A DNA stretch of 41,708 nucleotides from Seison nebaliae (Eukaryota). The translations under genes and the position numbers were made by a program. Every line of letters begins with the position of its first letter. Within the stretch, counting starts at the first letter, position 1. This document shows positions 9,671 to 22,300 of the stretch, piece by piece. Below the pieces are notes generated by a model that did not search any database, was not told where the DNA came from, and saw only the letters and a program-made list of their open reading frames with translations. The stretch is from NCBI GenBank assembly GCA_023231475.1, contig JALJEE010000026.1:1-41708 (forward strand). Direction: 5' to 3'.

Positions 9671-12600
9671 TCAATCATAGTTAGTTTGTAATTTTTTACG
9701 AATTTTATCTATCTGTTTTATCCAGAACCATCGATTTTCTCGGTTCCATGTTGTTGTTATTGTTGGATTGTTCTCCGTAATCTCATTAAGTAGACTTGTA
9801 TTCATCAAATAATCATGATTCGAGATGGGATGTAAAAATGTTGATAACTTTGCATCTACTTCTATCGGATCAAAAGCATCGAAATATTCAACAACTGGAA
9901 TTGTAAAATAATCATCATTTTGATTTTTTTGTTCAAAGTTGGTTGGATAATTATGATTAGTCTCAAATAATAATGAATCCAATAATGATTCGGATGATAA
10001 AACAGTTGGCTTTGTTGTTGTAGTACCAATGGCAATATTTGTCGTCGTTGTTGTTCTTCTGCTTGTTGTTGTTGTTATGGATTCTTTTTTGTTTGAAGTA
10101 GAAATAATAAATTCGAGTACGTTCTTTAATTTAACTTTATTTTTCGCGAAAATCGATTTTATTTTATCCAATTTCTCCAAAATCGTCGATTTTCTTTGTT
10201 TCTCCAAAATTATTTTCTCTTTATTCTTCTGTTCGTACACGATATTATGAGTTATTCGATTCTTCATTTTTTCTTTCATATATTTTTCTTCCTTCGTCTT
10301 CTTCATATGTTTCTTATATGCATCAACAACATTTAATAAGGAAAGTTTGATGGAACGACTGGCAGAAAATGGTCCTCTTCCACAATACGTTCCTTTGAAA
10401 TCGTCTTCATGGAGAGACCAAATTTGAATTCCCGCTAATTTTTTAAAAACAACTTGTTTTATCTGAAGATTTAATGAAAAATTTCGGAGAATGAGAGGGA
10501 ACTGAAAATAAACTTTTTCCGTTAAACTCATTACGTTCTCATGTGTTATCCATCGAATTGTTGTTTCATTCAATTTCTGAAGTGTTACTGGAACTAAGGC
10601 TTTCGAATCCCATAAAGTTATCACATTGTCTTTGGATTGTTTGGAGATGTTGCATAACTGTTCGATATTCGATAAATTAAATAAAATGGACAATGGAAAG
10701 AAAAACTTTTGCGAAAGAAACGATGTTTTTCGATGTTCTCCTTGAGATGGTGGGATAATCAAGCATTAGTCCATAATGGTAAAGATGATTGTTCTTATTA
10801 TTAAGATTAATATTTCTTCGAATTCTTTTGTGAAGATGGTCGGAGGATAATGTTGTTGAACTTGATAATTGATGATATCTCAGATATTCATTCAAATTAT
10901 TTATCAATTTTTTGTCTCCTTTCAAATTCAAATCGAAATTTTTGTTGTTTGTGATCGGATAAGTTTTCAAGAAATCATAAACATATTTCCAATTATTCAT
11001 GTTGATATTAACAATTTGTGATGTTAATAATTGTTTGAAAATCATTGTCTGATGTTGATTCAATGTCGGTTGGATAGTTGTGGGAGTAAATCGCGTTGGA
11101 ACAATGGGAACTGTTGTCAACTTGATGTTATTTTGAGTGTTCATCAATTTCTCATTTGTTAGAGAAACGAGATTAGCCGATTGATATGACGGAGATAACT
11201 CTCGAGAATCATTGCGGAATGATGGAAGTGTTTTGAAAAAATTCTTCATCGCACTCAAACTAGATATAGTTTTCATCAAATTCATTTTATAATGATTGAT
11301 TACCTGCTGGATGACATATGAGAGAACGGATCGATAATACTTTTTCAATTGTTCTATTCTTAAAAGGAATTGAGTTTTGAAATTTTTGAAATTCTTCAAT
11401 TTTAAAGATCGCGGATGAACGTCTGTTCTACCAATTTCGAATAATTTCAATAAATAATTTTTCTTTCTACTTTCCTCAACATTGTCGTTCACTGATGTTT
11501 CGGAAAGGAATTTCATCAAATTTTTCGAGAGATAATTTCTGTTGACAAACGTTTCTATAATTCTACTTGGATCGATATAACCCTCCATATCTGAATTTGA
11601 TTCATTTAATTTCTTTGTTTCATTTTGTAAATTTTCCTTTGAATTTCCTGCACCGTCGTTTACTAATTCTTTATCGAAACTTGAGGACTGACTATCAATA
11701 TTTTTTGTAACTGTTAGAGATTTTGTTGTTGTGACTTCTGTTGATTTTATAGTTGATGATATAGTTATCTTTGTTGTTGAAGTTAAATTTTTCGTTTTTG
11801 ATATAATTTTTGGAATTTGAGTTGTTGATGAGAATGAAGAATTTTCGTCTGGTTTTTTAATATCATATGTTTTACCATATAATGAAATGCTTATAAATAA
11901 TTGTTGAGGTTCACAACCAACATTCAACCATTGTTCGATTGAAGAATTCTGATAAAGTAGAATTGAAAAAAAAAAATAATTCAATAATTTTTTTCAAATA
12001 AGTCGCAAACTAGAGAATATGTTCTTGTGGAATATAATGGACTATTGTGTCCGGTCTTTTGAGAATTAATTCCTTCGTAATCGTAAGTAGCTAAAGTGAT
12101 ATGATCAAAGATACTTGTATTAAAAGAATAATGGTATTATAAGAAATATCTAAATGGAAACTTGTTACAAATATTCTTCAACTGATATAAAGAGAATTGA
12201 TCAATTGGAGGTAATTTTTGAGCTAAAGCAGAAAGTTTCAACGGTTTTTTATCGATTATCCATTTCCTTTTCGAATTTGAATAATATTTACTTTTCTTAA
12301 ATTGTTTTTTCAATTCCTACGATGGATAAATTGTAATAGAATATTAAGTATAATGAGTTCAAGAGATAAATTAAAACTGTTAATAATTTATAGAAATGTT
12401 CGATATACGAATCATCCTTGTTCGGATATTTAAGATCCATATCCATTCCATCAAAACGATATTTTCTTAAATATCGACTAACTCGTCTTGCAAATTTCCC
12501 TCTAAAATCCATAGAACAATTATTAGTTTTCAATCAATAAAATTAACCGATTTCCATTATTCATTGCAATTCCTTTAAAGGTTTCCATATCATTTAATTC

Positions 12601-13005
12601 ATCCCCGATTGACAATAAGATTTGAAGTTTGGGATTTTTCTTCTTTAGTCTTATTATTTTCTTATACGTCGGATTACCTAATTCCCTCGAACGAGCGATA
12701 TCACTCGTTAATGATGGTTTTAATGTTAATTTTTTTCTATCAATTAACGCGTAGGCATATTTGATAATATCACAAATTGATACATCGATTTCTTCAGGAC
12801 GTAGAAAATATCGTCGACTATGCAAACGAAGACGAGTAAATGAAGATGAAAATGATTTAATTGAAATTAACTTGACATTTCCTACAGTTGATATTTTCGG
12901 TCTAGATGCCCAATTGACGAAAACACAAATGACTTTTTCCGATACATTGGTTTGGAACGATTCAACAATCAAAAAATAAATGATGATTAAATAAAATAAT
13001 TTCAT
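9671..13005 (-). CDS. Secreted GH18 chitinase-like protein, predicted non-catalytic, ~987 aa, 8 exons: 13005-12872, 12817-12548, 12501-12378, 12316-12162, 12113-12011, 11948-10707, 10657-10514, 10462-9671
   Basis: Signal peptide MKLFYLIIIYFLIVES. GH18 motifs KVICVFVNWA, KKKNPKLQILLSIG, YRFDGMDMDLKYP, FDHITLATYDYEG..TGHNSPLY, LFISISLYGKTY, WDSKALVP, LAGIQIWSLHEDDFKGTYCG. Seven 46-62 nt GT-AG introns with consistent phases. Thr-rich C-terminal tail with no CBM14 cysteine pattern. Confidence 0.9.
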
Positions 13006-13649
13006 GATGTTCCAATTCAAATCATCTGAAATCTTCTACAATAACTTATCTAACGAGTTAAGAGAAGAGAAGAATTAATGTTTCCAATGAAAAGATTGTT
13101 GAATAGTTTAAGAAGTTTCCCCCATTAGAATCAGGAAGAATGATCAGAAACCGAATTGACAAAAACCGAAACGGACTAAAGAAGATACAGGAAGTGATTC
13201 CTGAAACAACATTATTTATTGCTAAATGGATAATCCATTTTTAAATAAGAGAAATGTTAAGTGAAATGATTTATAGTTTAACGAATTATGACCGACATTA
13301 TTTTGCTGATGTAATCCGTTCATTCATCAGAGAATCTCTTGCTTCCATTCTGATCATAATTCACAATCATCTTTATGTTGTTCGGTGAATGTGAAAGAAA
13401 GTTTTGGGTAATGTGAATGAAGAATAATTGAAGTATATCAATGAGATGAGGACAAGTGAAAAAAAAGAGAAAGAAAAAATCGTCAGGAGAATTTGGATCA
13501 AGTGATTTAATGATGAAAAGTGATGAAAGGAACAAAATAAAGAAAAGTTTTAAATTAATAAAATGACGAGAAATTATTTCACGAAAATTTTTCAGAGATC
13601 GGTTGATATTTGATCAGTTAAATATGACATTCATTTTAATTGAAAACAC

Positions 13650-14100
13650 CTACTCATTCTTTTTTGTTAGACCGTTGAAGCCATCATGAAGAGCATCGAA
13701 ATAATGGTTCAAATAATTTCCAAATCTCTCACCAGTTTCCGAGTTTCGTTTGTATAAACCATCGAACATGTTACTGTGAGAAAATGCATCGAATGATCGT
13801 TTAAGTAATCCATTCATGCCATGATGAGATAAAGCATCGTAATAACGTTTTCGGTAAAGTCCATCAGAGAAACTATCCGAATTCGCCATTGAGTCATACA
13901 TACGTTTCTTTAATAAATAATTGTTCAATCCGCTACTTGTTAGAGCATCGAATGGTCGTTTATTGATTGATTCGTTTTCGGAGTTGATCTACAACATAAA
14001 ATTGGGAATGACAAGAAAGAGAATAGTTAACCGGATTAGCCGTTAAAGCCACAACCAATGTTGTAGCTAAAATGAGTAAGAAATTAAAGGTCGCTCCCAT
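13650..14100 (-). CDS. Pedal-peptide/orcokinin-type neuropeptide precursor, ~135 aa, exons 14100-14032 and 13988-13650
   Basis: Signal peptide MGATFNFLLILATTLVVALTA, a 43-nt intron, then repeats separated by dibasic sites: PFDALTSSGLNNYLL, MYDSMANSDSFSDGLY, YYDALSHHGMNGLL, SFDAFSHSNMFDGLY, ...YFDALHDGFNGLT. They match the x(F/Y)D(S/A)...G(F/L) pedal-peptide pattern and have no amidation Gly. Confidence 0.85.
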
Positions 14101-15305
14101 TATTTCTTAGAGTTGAGTATGAGAATGATAGGAATAAATTGTAGGAATATTGAAATGAATGTGACGATCTATTTGTTGGAAATAGAAACAAAAGATTGTT
14201 TGATGATTGAATATAAAAAGGAAGATGATAATCGTAAAAATGAGATGAGGGAGCAAAGGTGATGGAAAATGAGTAGTAGCAGGAAAAGAAGCTCATATTA
14301 ACTAAGAAGGATTCCGTGCCGAATGTCTGTTAGTGAATGAGAATGGAGTGTTAAATCAACGAAATAAATATCAGTTCGAGAAAAATTTGACTAAATGTTA
14401 TTTTAACATTTCCTCTCAACGAATGATTAATGTTCATTCTATAATCGTTTAATTATTGAGATTGTTTTTTTCTAATGAATTGCGCATAATCGACAATAAG
14501 ACAATATTTGACAAATTCACTTTTGTTTTTTATTCGAATAAATATTACAACATCATTAATTATTCTCCGTTACACTATAATTTTATACAGCAATGAATGG
14601 CACCGAACATCTCAATCATGTTGCAAGACAGCAAGGCACGTAATAATTGCGACCGACTCTCTAACAAGTGTGGAAGAATTACATTCGTATTGTTTTCCAT
14701 TTGAAATACATTGTTCGGGTCGATCATGTCGCTTGTTATCTTTATAAATATATATCCGATTTCCTACAGGAAAAATTTCTAATGCTTCTCCCACTGCAAT
14801 TCCACTAAAATTTCTTCTTAGGATTGAAGAATATTAAAGGATTTAAACTGATGAAATCAATGGTTGAGAAAATTTTCTTATCATCAACTCCAATTATGTT
14901 GAAGATATTTATACGAAACGATTAATATAAATTTCTTCCAATTAGACATGTAGATTATGACTATGTTTTCAGAAGAATAATGTCGTGATTGGGGAATTTG
15001 TTTAAGGGATTTCGCTCATCTCATCCGATTAATGGATGGACGATTTCAAATGATTAAAACGAACAGAAGAAAAGATGGAGAAATGCTTTCTGTCAAAAAG
15101 AAGGAATTAAGGTTGAGCAATTAGACACACCAAAAATCAGAAAGTTTGGTTTCATTCCAATTTTTAGATATCGAGAATGTAATTAGATAAGATAAGATCA
15201 GATAATTAAATTAACATTATTTGAAAGAAATGTAAGATATATGTCAACGAGTGATGATGAGATAAATGAGAAAGATGTGAGCCGATGAGAATTTAATCTT
15301 ATTCA

Positions 15306-15402
15306 TCATTGTTGTAACATTGCTTGAGGCATAATTTTTTCGGATTTATGCATTTCATTCGACAGAATGATTTGGGGACGATCTACTGTCGAATATGAAC
15401 TT

Positions 15403-15448
<46 letters not shown>

Positions 15449-17766
15449 TTTGCTGCTGTTGTTGTTGTTGTAATAAAAAGTTTTGATATATTTCGAAGGA
15501 TTTATTGTTATTCGAAGTGTCTGAATTAGTTTCTGAAGAATTTGATAAATGTTGAGTAGTAGGAATCGCAGTAGTTAGAGATGTAGTTATATTCATTTTA
15601 TTCGATTCGGTTGTTACATTATTTGATGAGGACAATATCGACTCATGAATATTCATTTTAATTACATTACTTTTAATATTACCATTATCCAATGGATGTT
15701 GCTGTTGTTGTTGTTGTTGGAATATTCTTTGCATTTCATTCATCGTGTTCGTGTTTGTTTTAGGAGCGATCGTCGTTGGCAATGGTAACACTTCTGCAGT
15801 TGTTCTTGCAGCGAAATCGACAGGATCTGAATTCTTCGCAATTTTCTTCGGAGACACTTGACAATAATTACTCAACATCGAATCATATTGTTGTTGTTGG
15901 AGTTGTTGAAGTAGGCGTATGTTCAGTTGCTCTTGCAAATCCACCTGTAACGATTGATTCAATACATCAGCATTGTTTCCCAAAATTTGGTCGATAATGG
16001 ATCGATTTGTTGATAATCTACTGAATATTGCATAATTGAACATTTTTATTTCAAAACTAACAATTTATCGTTCGTTGCCGTTGGTTGTGATGTCACTTGA
16101 CATTTATTATTACCTAACATTAAACCGGTTTGTTGCTGTAATAAATTTGAAATTGGTAATGCTGGCTGTGTTATGGCAGGTATTTGAGTTTGTTGAGTTT
16201 GTGCCTGGTATTGGAGAATGACATCTTTCGGTGTGTCCAACAACGATGTAATTGGAGAATAGTGTGTGGGTAGTATAGTTGACTGAATTGCACGTTTGGG
16301 TTCAAATAATAAATTCATCAAATAATTTGCATTTCCCGAACTGGACGACGTTGCGATGGTGGAGAAAGATGATTGTGGGTTTGTCAACCGATTATCATTC
16401 ACCGGTTGTGCATCTAGTGAAACAAATTAAATATTGTTGAAAAATAAAAAATTTATATTAACGTAAATTATTTGCATCTAATTAATATCGATTGAACTGA
16501 AATGAGATTTTGAAAGAAAAGACAATTAATGAGTATCGGAGAGAAATTTCGTTGCTTTAAATAAAAGAAATGATGAAAACTATTAATTTCTATTAGAAAT
16601 TATTCAAAAGAATTCATAGTTCAAATTTTTGACGAGAGAAATCAATCAGAACAAGAGGAAAAGAAGAGAAATTAAGAATAAAGAAAGAGTAAAATGAAAA
16701 AAACTTCAATACCAACAATTCAAATCAAGAAGAAGGGTTCAATAATAATTTATGGTGATAATGAATGACGACGATGATAATCATGATGACAACAACAACA
16801 ATAATAATGATAAAGGTTCATCAATCATAACAAATGAAGAAAGAAAAGTAATTGAAAGCATTGAACCAAATTGTTTTTTGTAAATTTTAGTAATTTCAGG
16901 TTTTTTTCCATATCACGAGAAAAAAGAAAAAAAAGGAAAGATTATTAGAATTTTGTTCTCTTCAATTCTCTTTAAATAATTCTTTCTAAATATATCTCCT
17001 CGTTTATTAACTTATTTCTCAAAATAGAAGATGGAGTGAAATGGAATGGTATGAACCAATTGACAAACAACATTTAATGAAAACAACAACAAAAAGTAAA
17101 ACACTGATGATGTACATTCACACAATTTCACACTTTATACTCTATCAAGTTCGCTATCAGATCAATTCTGCAAAAAGATGGAATAAAGAAAATGTACCAT
17201 AAGTTTGAGTTGGTGTTGTTAAATTTTTGGGCTTGGCTCCGATCACTGCCAAATTAACATTTGCCTTTCGACCATCGATCAATGGGTTAGGATCTTTGGT
17301 GGCACGTGCAGCTCCTTCGGCCGTTGCCATGGTGACCTTGAAATTGAAAAGAATAAATTGAAAAATAAAATATAAATATAAAATATTTAACGAATCCATA
17401 GCCACGACTCTTGCCTGAAAGAGAATGAATGAAGTAATAAATTGTAAAGTGATAAAATGAATATAAAAGATACAAACCTGTTTGTCTGTCTGTTATAACG
17501 ACAGCTTCTTCTATCTTATCATATTTCTCAAAGAATTGTTTTAATCGAGCATCGGTCGTCGTATAAGGAAGACCACCGACGAAGATTTTAGTGAACGTAG
17601 TATCCTTGTTCGAATGATAGTGGGAGTATCGATGGGGATTGGTATTATGTGAATATTCAGAAGGACTAGGTACTTTTGTAGTTGATGTAGCAGTTGTTAT
17701 TTGGGAAATGCTTCCTGATTTTGATATGACTGGTGGTTCATTATTATTGTTATTATTTCCGTTCAT
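15306..17766 (-). CDS. RBM24: RBM24/RBM38 (SUP-12-like) RRM RNA-binding protein, ~505 aa, exons 17766-17478, 17414-17392, 17336-17198, 16413-16062, 16020-15306
   Basis: [19 protein letters not shown]...[57 protein letters not shown] is the diagnostic RBM24/38 RRM. The two Q/N-rich downstream exons join in phase but are less certain. Confidence 0.92.
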
Positions 17767-18786
17767 TCTCTTAAATGGATAATCTGATTTATTTCTGTTA
17801 TTTGGCGAATCGTCTAATATAGGAAGATGTGGAAATATAAATAAATTATTAATTTCGTTTCAATTATAATGAAAAATTGTAAATTGTTATCAGAAAATTG
17901 GATTAAATCCGTCGGAATTATGATATGGTTATTATAGTTCCTTCTCAGACAAGAATAAAAAGAAAGTAAATTGATGGAACAGAAAAAAATGTTTCTGTTT
18001 AATATCTTTCCCATTCAAGAAACGTTCAAAGTAATTATTTTAGAATGTAATTCTTCTTCGCTTAAACGACTCATCATCACATATCTTACATTCGCTGCAT
18101 CTCCATAACTCTTATTTATTTTTCTAAGATCATTCCTTCTGCGTTTTAACATATGAAGAAGAGATGGATGAATAATAACATTAATGATAACGTTCATTTT
18201 AAGGAGATGCATGCGCTGAACTTCTATCTACATCTTCCTCTTTCTCTTCTCCATCCCAGATCTCACGTCTTCCGAACAGAGATATGCAATCATTCTTTCT
18301 TATAATTCTATAACGGTCGATGAAAGAAGAGGAGACGATAAACATATTCGAATCATGATGGATGAATTAAAAGGAAAAATAATTGTTATTTATCTGATAG
18401 CAGAACTGTTAGGCATGTGATGCAGTTGAGAAAGATGTCGGAGAATTGAAGAGAGCGAAGAGATTCGTGGTTTCTATTGATGAGATAGTAAACGCATTAA
18501 CTAACCGAAATTATATGTTTTCCTTACGAACATAAATTACCATTATTTCTATTCCATCTACGCTGTAAATGATTTCGACTTGATTTGACCTTTTCATATG
18601 TTTGAACAATTGACGTTTTTATTAAACGATTTAATTGTTTCCAAAATCGATTCTCAGTAATCAAATTGATTCATTGAACAGAAGTCGGAGGAAATAAATT
18701 TTTATTATTTCTTTTAGGAGAGAAATCATTCAATAAGTCTTTCTCTTCAACCTCTCTTGGAACTTTCAAGTTTCTAATTATATTTC

Positions 18787-18852
18787 ATTACACAAATTCA
18801 CTTCGTTCCCATTACTTGTAATGGGAACGATTACAAAAATTACACAAATTCA
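18787..18852. repeat. Perfect 13-bp inverted repeat (18803-18830) flanked by 14-bp direct repeats
   Basis: TCGTTCCCATTAC-tt-GTAATGGGAACGA, with ATTACACAAATTCA at 18787-18800 and 18839-18852. Confidence 0.9.
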
Positions 18853-19373
18853 ATTATTTCATTTACTGTAATATAGGAGGTTATTTTACCTCTTATGTTC
18901 AAAATTTTTTTTCATTATAAATTATTATATAAATGATTAAATCTCCAAACTTGTAAGTATAATAGTTAACATGAAGCAACAGATATCAAGATTAATAACA
19001 TGAATATACGTGCTCTATTCCACAATAATAGCACAATATTTCTTTCAAATAAAATAATACTTTGATATATTTATAATAATACCATAGTTGCAGAGTAAGA
19101 CTTAAGTAAAATTTCTTGAAATTCTTTTAAATTGTTCAATTTTATGTAGAATTATATACGAATATCGTGTAAGTAAGAAAAGTCAGAGAATTGGAAGAGA
19201 AGTAGAAGAAAGTTTTTTATAAATTATATTTTATTAGAATAATTAAAATATATTCCATAATAATAAAAAGATATGAATAAGAATGAGGTAGCAAATGAGC
19301 GGAATTGCGGAAAAGGAGAGATATTTATGAGATTCTTTTTAAATTTAGAAAATAAACTCTTTGTCAAATATTT

Positions 19374-22300
19374 CTAAACGAATGAAGCACGAGGTAGTAA
19401 TTTGGGTGTTAGTTCTAAACAATTATTATCTGCATTAACAATCAATGAATTTGGTGAATCATCTGCAATCTCATTATTAATCAGATTATTAATCGAATCC
19501 GTTTTATGATATAATCGTTCGAAATTTCTGAATGAAGCATTCACAATTCCAGTCGTCAAAATGTTCGACGCAGAAAGATTTGAGGATGTTGAGGAATTCG
19601 TTTCAGAGTATTGTGTCAATGTTTTGGAGCGACATATTCCGTAATTGTTAATCTCTTCATGATTCTCTTCTCCTTCCTTCAACGACTTCGTCCATCTTAA
19701 TTGAACTGGTTGTGCTTTGTGCAATTGATAATCAATTTTATGATTATTTTCATTTTCGTTTTTCATTAAACATTTCTTTCCATTTCTAGAATCGGACCAC
19801 GAACTATCATAATTATTCCTTTGGGGAACTATTATTTCTTTTTCAGCCGTTATTGAATCGGATACAGTATCATAAGATTGTCGTTTAATTTGATTATTGT
19901 GTAATTTGAGTTGTTGTTGTGTGACAGCTGAAAGTTCTGAACTTCCATAACAACCTTCATCTGATGACGATGAATTTGTTTGAAGCCATTTTTGAGTTTC
20001 ATGCATTCTCGTCAACTGCATATTTGGAGATGATGGATTAAATCGAACAGTTTTCCGAATTGATTGATCTTTCTCTTTCACATCTATCATCAACACTTCT
20101 TCTTTGTTACGATGTTGTGTGGAATAATCATATTGTCTATTGTTGTTGTTATTATTATTTGAATTGGATTCATAATAATTATATTGATCACTGTGATTCA
20201 TTGGCAATTGTGAGGAACTTGTCGATTCGGATTCATTTCCTTCGATTGTTCGATGAATCTCTTCAATCTTCTTCCTCTCCATTTCCAAGTGGGATAATGG
20301 TCGCGATAAATTAATTTCATTCGGATTAAATTGTTTCATTGCAAATTCCGTAGAATATTTGGGTAAGACATTAAATATGGTGGGAGAAGGATTCTCAAAC
20401 GATTCCTCTTTCATCTTCATACCATTACCATCATTCTTATCCGCATCTTTATTTTTGTCCTTTAAATACATTTGCACATGTTTCTGACGGAATTGTTGTT
20501 GTTTGAATAATCGTTTCCTTTTCTTATCGATCATATTACTTTTCCTCGTTGCCATAATGAAGGCGATCGCTAACAAAAATAGAATAAAACCAACAGCGAC
20601 AGCTAAGCCCAAAGTCATTTTATATTTCCATGAATTCTTCAAAGAACTAGAAGTTGTCAGATGATTCTGTGTTGTCCTTCTCATTAATTTATCGTACGTA
20701 TAATCGATTACTTCATCGGAATACAACGACTTGAATCCATTAGATGTAAAATTGAATTTTTTATTGTTTATCTTCTCTCCGAATGTATCCAAATTTCTTA
20801 ATCGTTTCATTTCGTTATAATTATATTTCTGTTCAATTCGATCGCTTAAAATGTTGAACTTTTCCTCATTTGAATCAATCATCAATATTAGAGCTTTCCA
20901 TTCCCCGTATTTATTCAATAGAGCGTCCTCTAATGAATGTACTACAAAACTGGTTATATAGAATGATAAATAAAAGACTTGGAATTGTTCTTCCGATTTG
21001 GTATTCGTCGTTTCAACACTCAAATCTAAATATTTATCATCCTTCATCTTTAAATGATATTGACGGTCATCGTTCGAATAAGATAAAATATTTTGATTAT
21101 ATTTAAACGATTCATCATGAATAATTGCTTGTGTATCAACTAAATTGAATATGATTTTATTATTTTCCGCAGTCGAATCGTTGTCATGACAACGGAACTT
21201 TTTCGAAATATCTCTCTGATATTCAATGTTCTTATTCGTATGTATTGATATGATAGGGACATCTCTCATTTTCATGAAATATCCATCATTTCCTTCGGTC
21301 ACACATTCCGGTCCATGATCGTTTCGGTCAATAATTTCTATCGATATTCCGATGCAACTCATAGAATTCAAAGAATGTAACTTAATAGCAAGATTCAATA
21401 AATTTGATGTTAATGATTCAGCATCAAAACTTAAATGCTTTGCAAACAAGCCATAGAACCTTTGAGATTGTTGGATAAGAAATTTCTTCTTTTTTTGTTC
21501 ATTCTCCGAGAAATCGAGCAAGACTAGAGAATGTTCCAACGTCTTATTTTCAACAAACAATTTTACTGAATAATCATTATATTTTAATGAAATATCATTG
21601 TCTTCGATCATCACATAAATTAAAATTGTTTCCAGAAATAAATCTTCCTTAATTTTCATATGTAAATTAGAAATTTTCATAGCATTACTACAAATGTCAT
21701 TGAGCCAATTTGATTGAAATTTCTTTTCATTTTTCACAATTTCCATATCGCCTATTCCATTAATCGTATGAATTAATTCCGGAAGATTATCGTCGATATC
21801 ATTAATAACGATTTCGAACAACTCATAACGGTTGTTGTTGTTAGTTGATTTGATTAGATCACTTCCGTCATCCACATAAATTAGAAAATAGAAATGGATT
21901 GATTGTTGTTCAATATTTCCGAAGAATAATTTGGTTAGATCGATGTCCTGATTCCTAATAATAAATCGTTCTAAATGCTCTAAATCCGTTCGGAGAATGT
22001 GGTACAACTGTTCGAAATCGAGTTCTTGTTTTAAAATAATTTCATCATCTTCAATCATGAAATGTTTCTCGAAATATTTTATATTCAATTGAAGAATATT
22101 CGCGAAAATCGTATCAATTTCTTCCAAATTTATAATATTTCTTCCATTCCTTTCAAATTCCATCCATTGTTTTGGTAGTTTTATCAAGGAATTCGTTACA
22201 AGTTTTATCGATTCTTGATATTTATTTAATCTTCTACTCGATGATGATTGTCGATAGTCAGATGATAGTGATCTTGAATGGATAAATCTTGTCCTTTTAA

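Noticed and set aside
14508..14794. Short ORFs between the neuropeptide gene and RBM24
   Set aside because: Non-ATG starts and no homology; likely UTR or promoter sequence.
18806..18827. TTCCCA...TGGGAA as a paired Su(H)/CSL site
   Set aside because: Wrong orientation and spacing for a paired site, and it lacks the preceding YG of the consensus.
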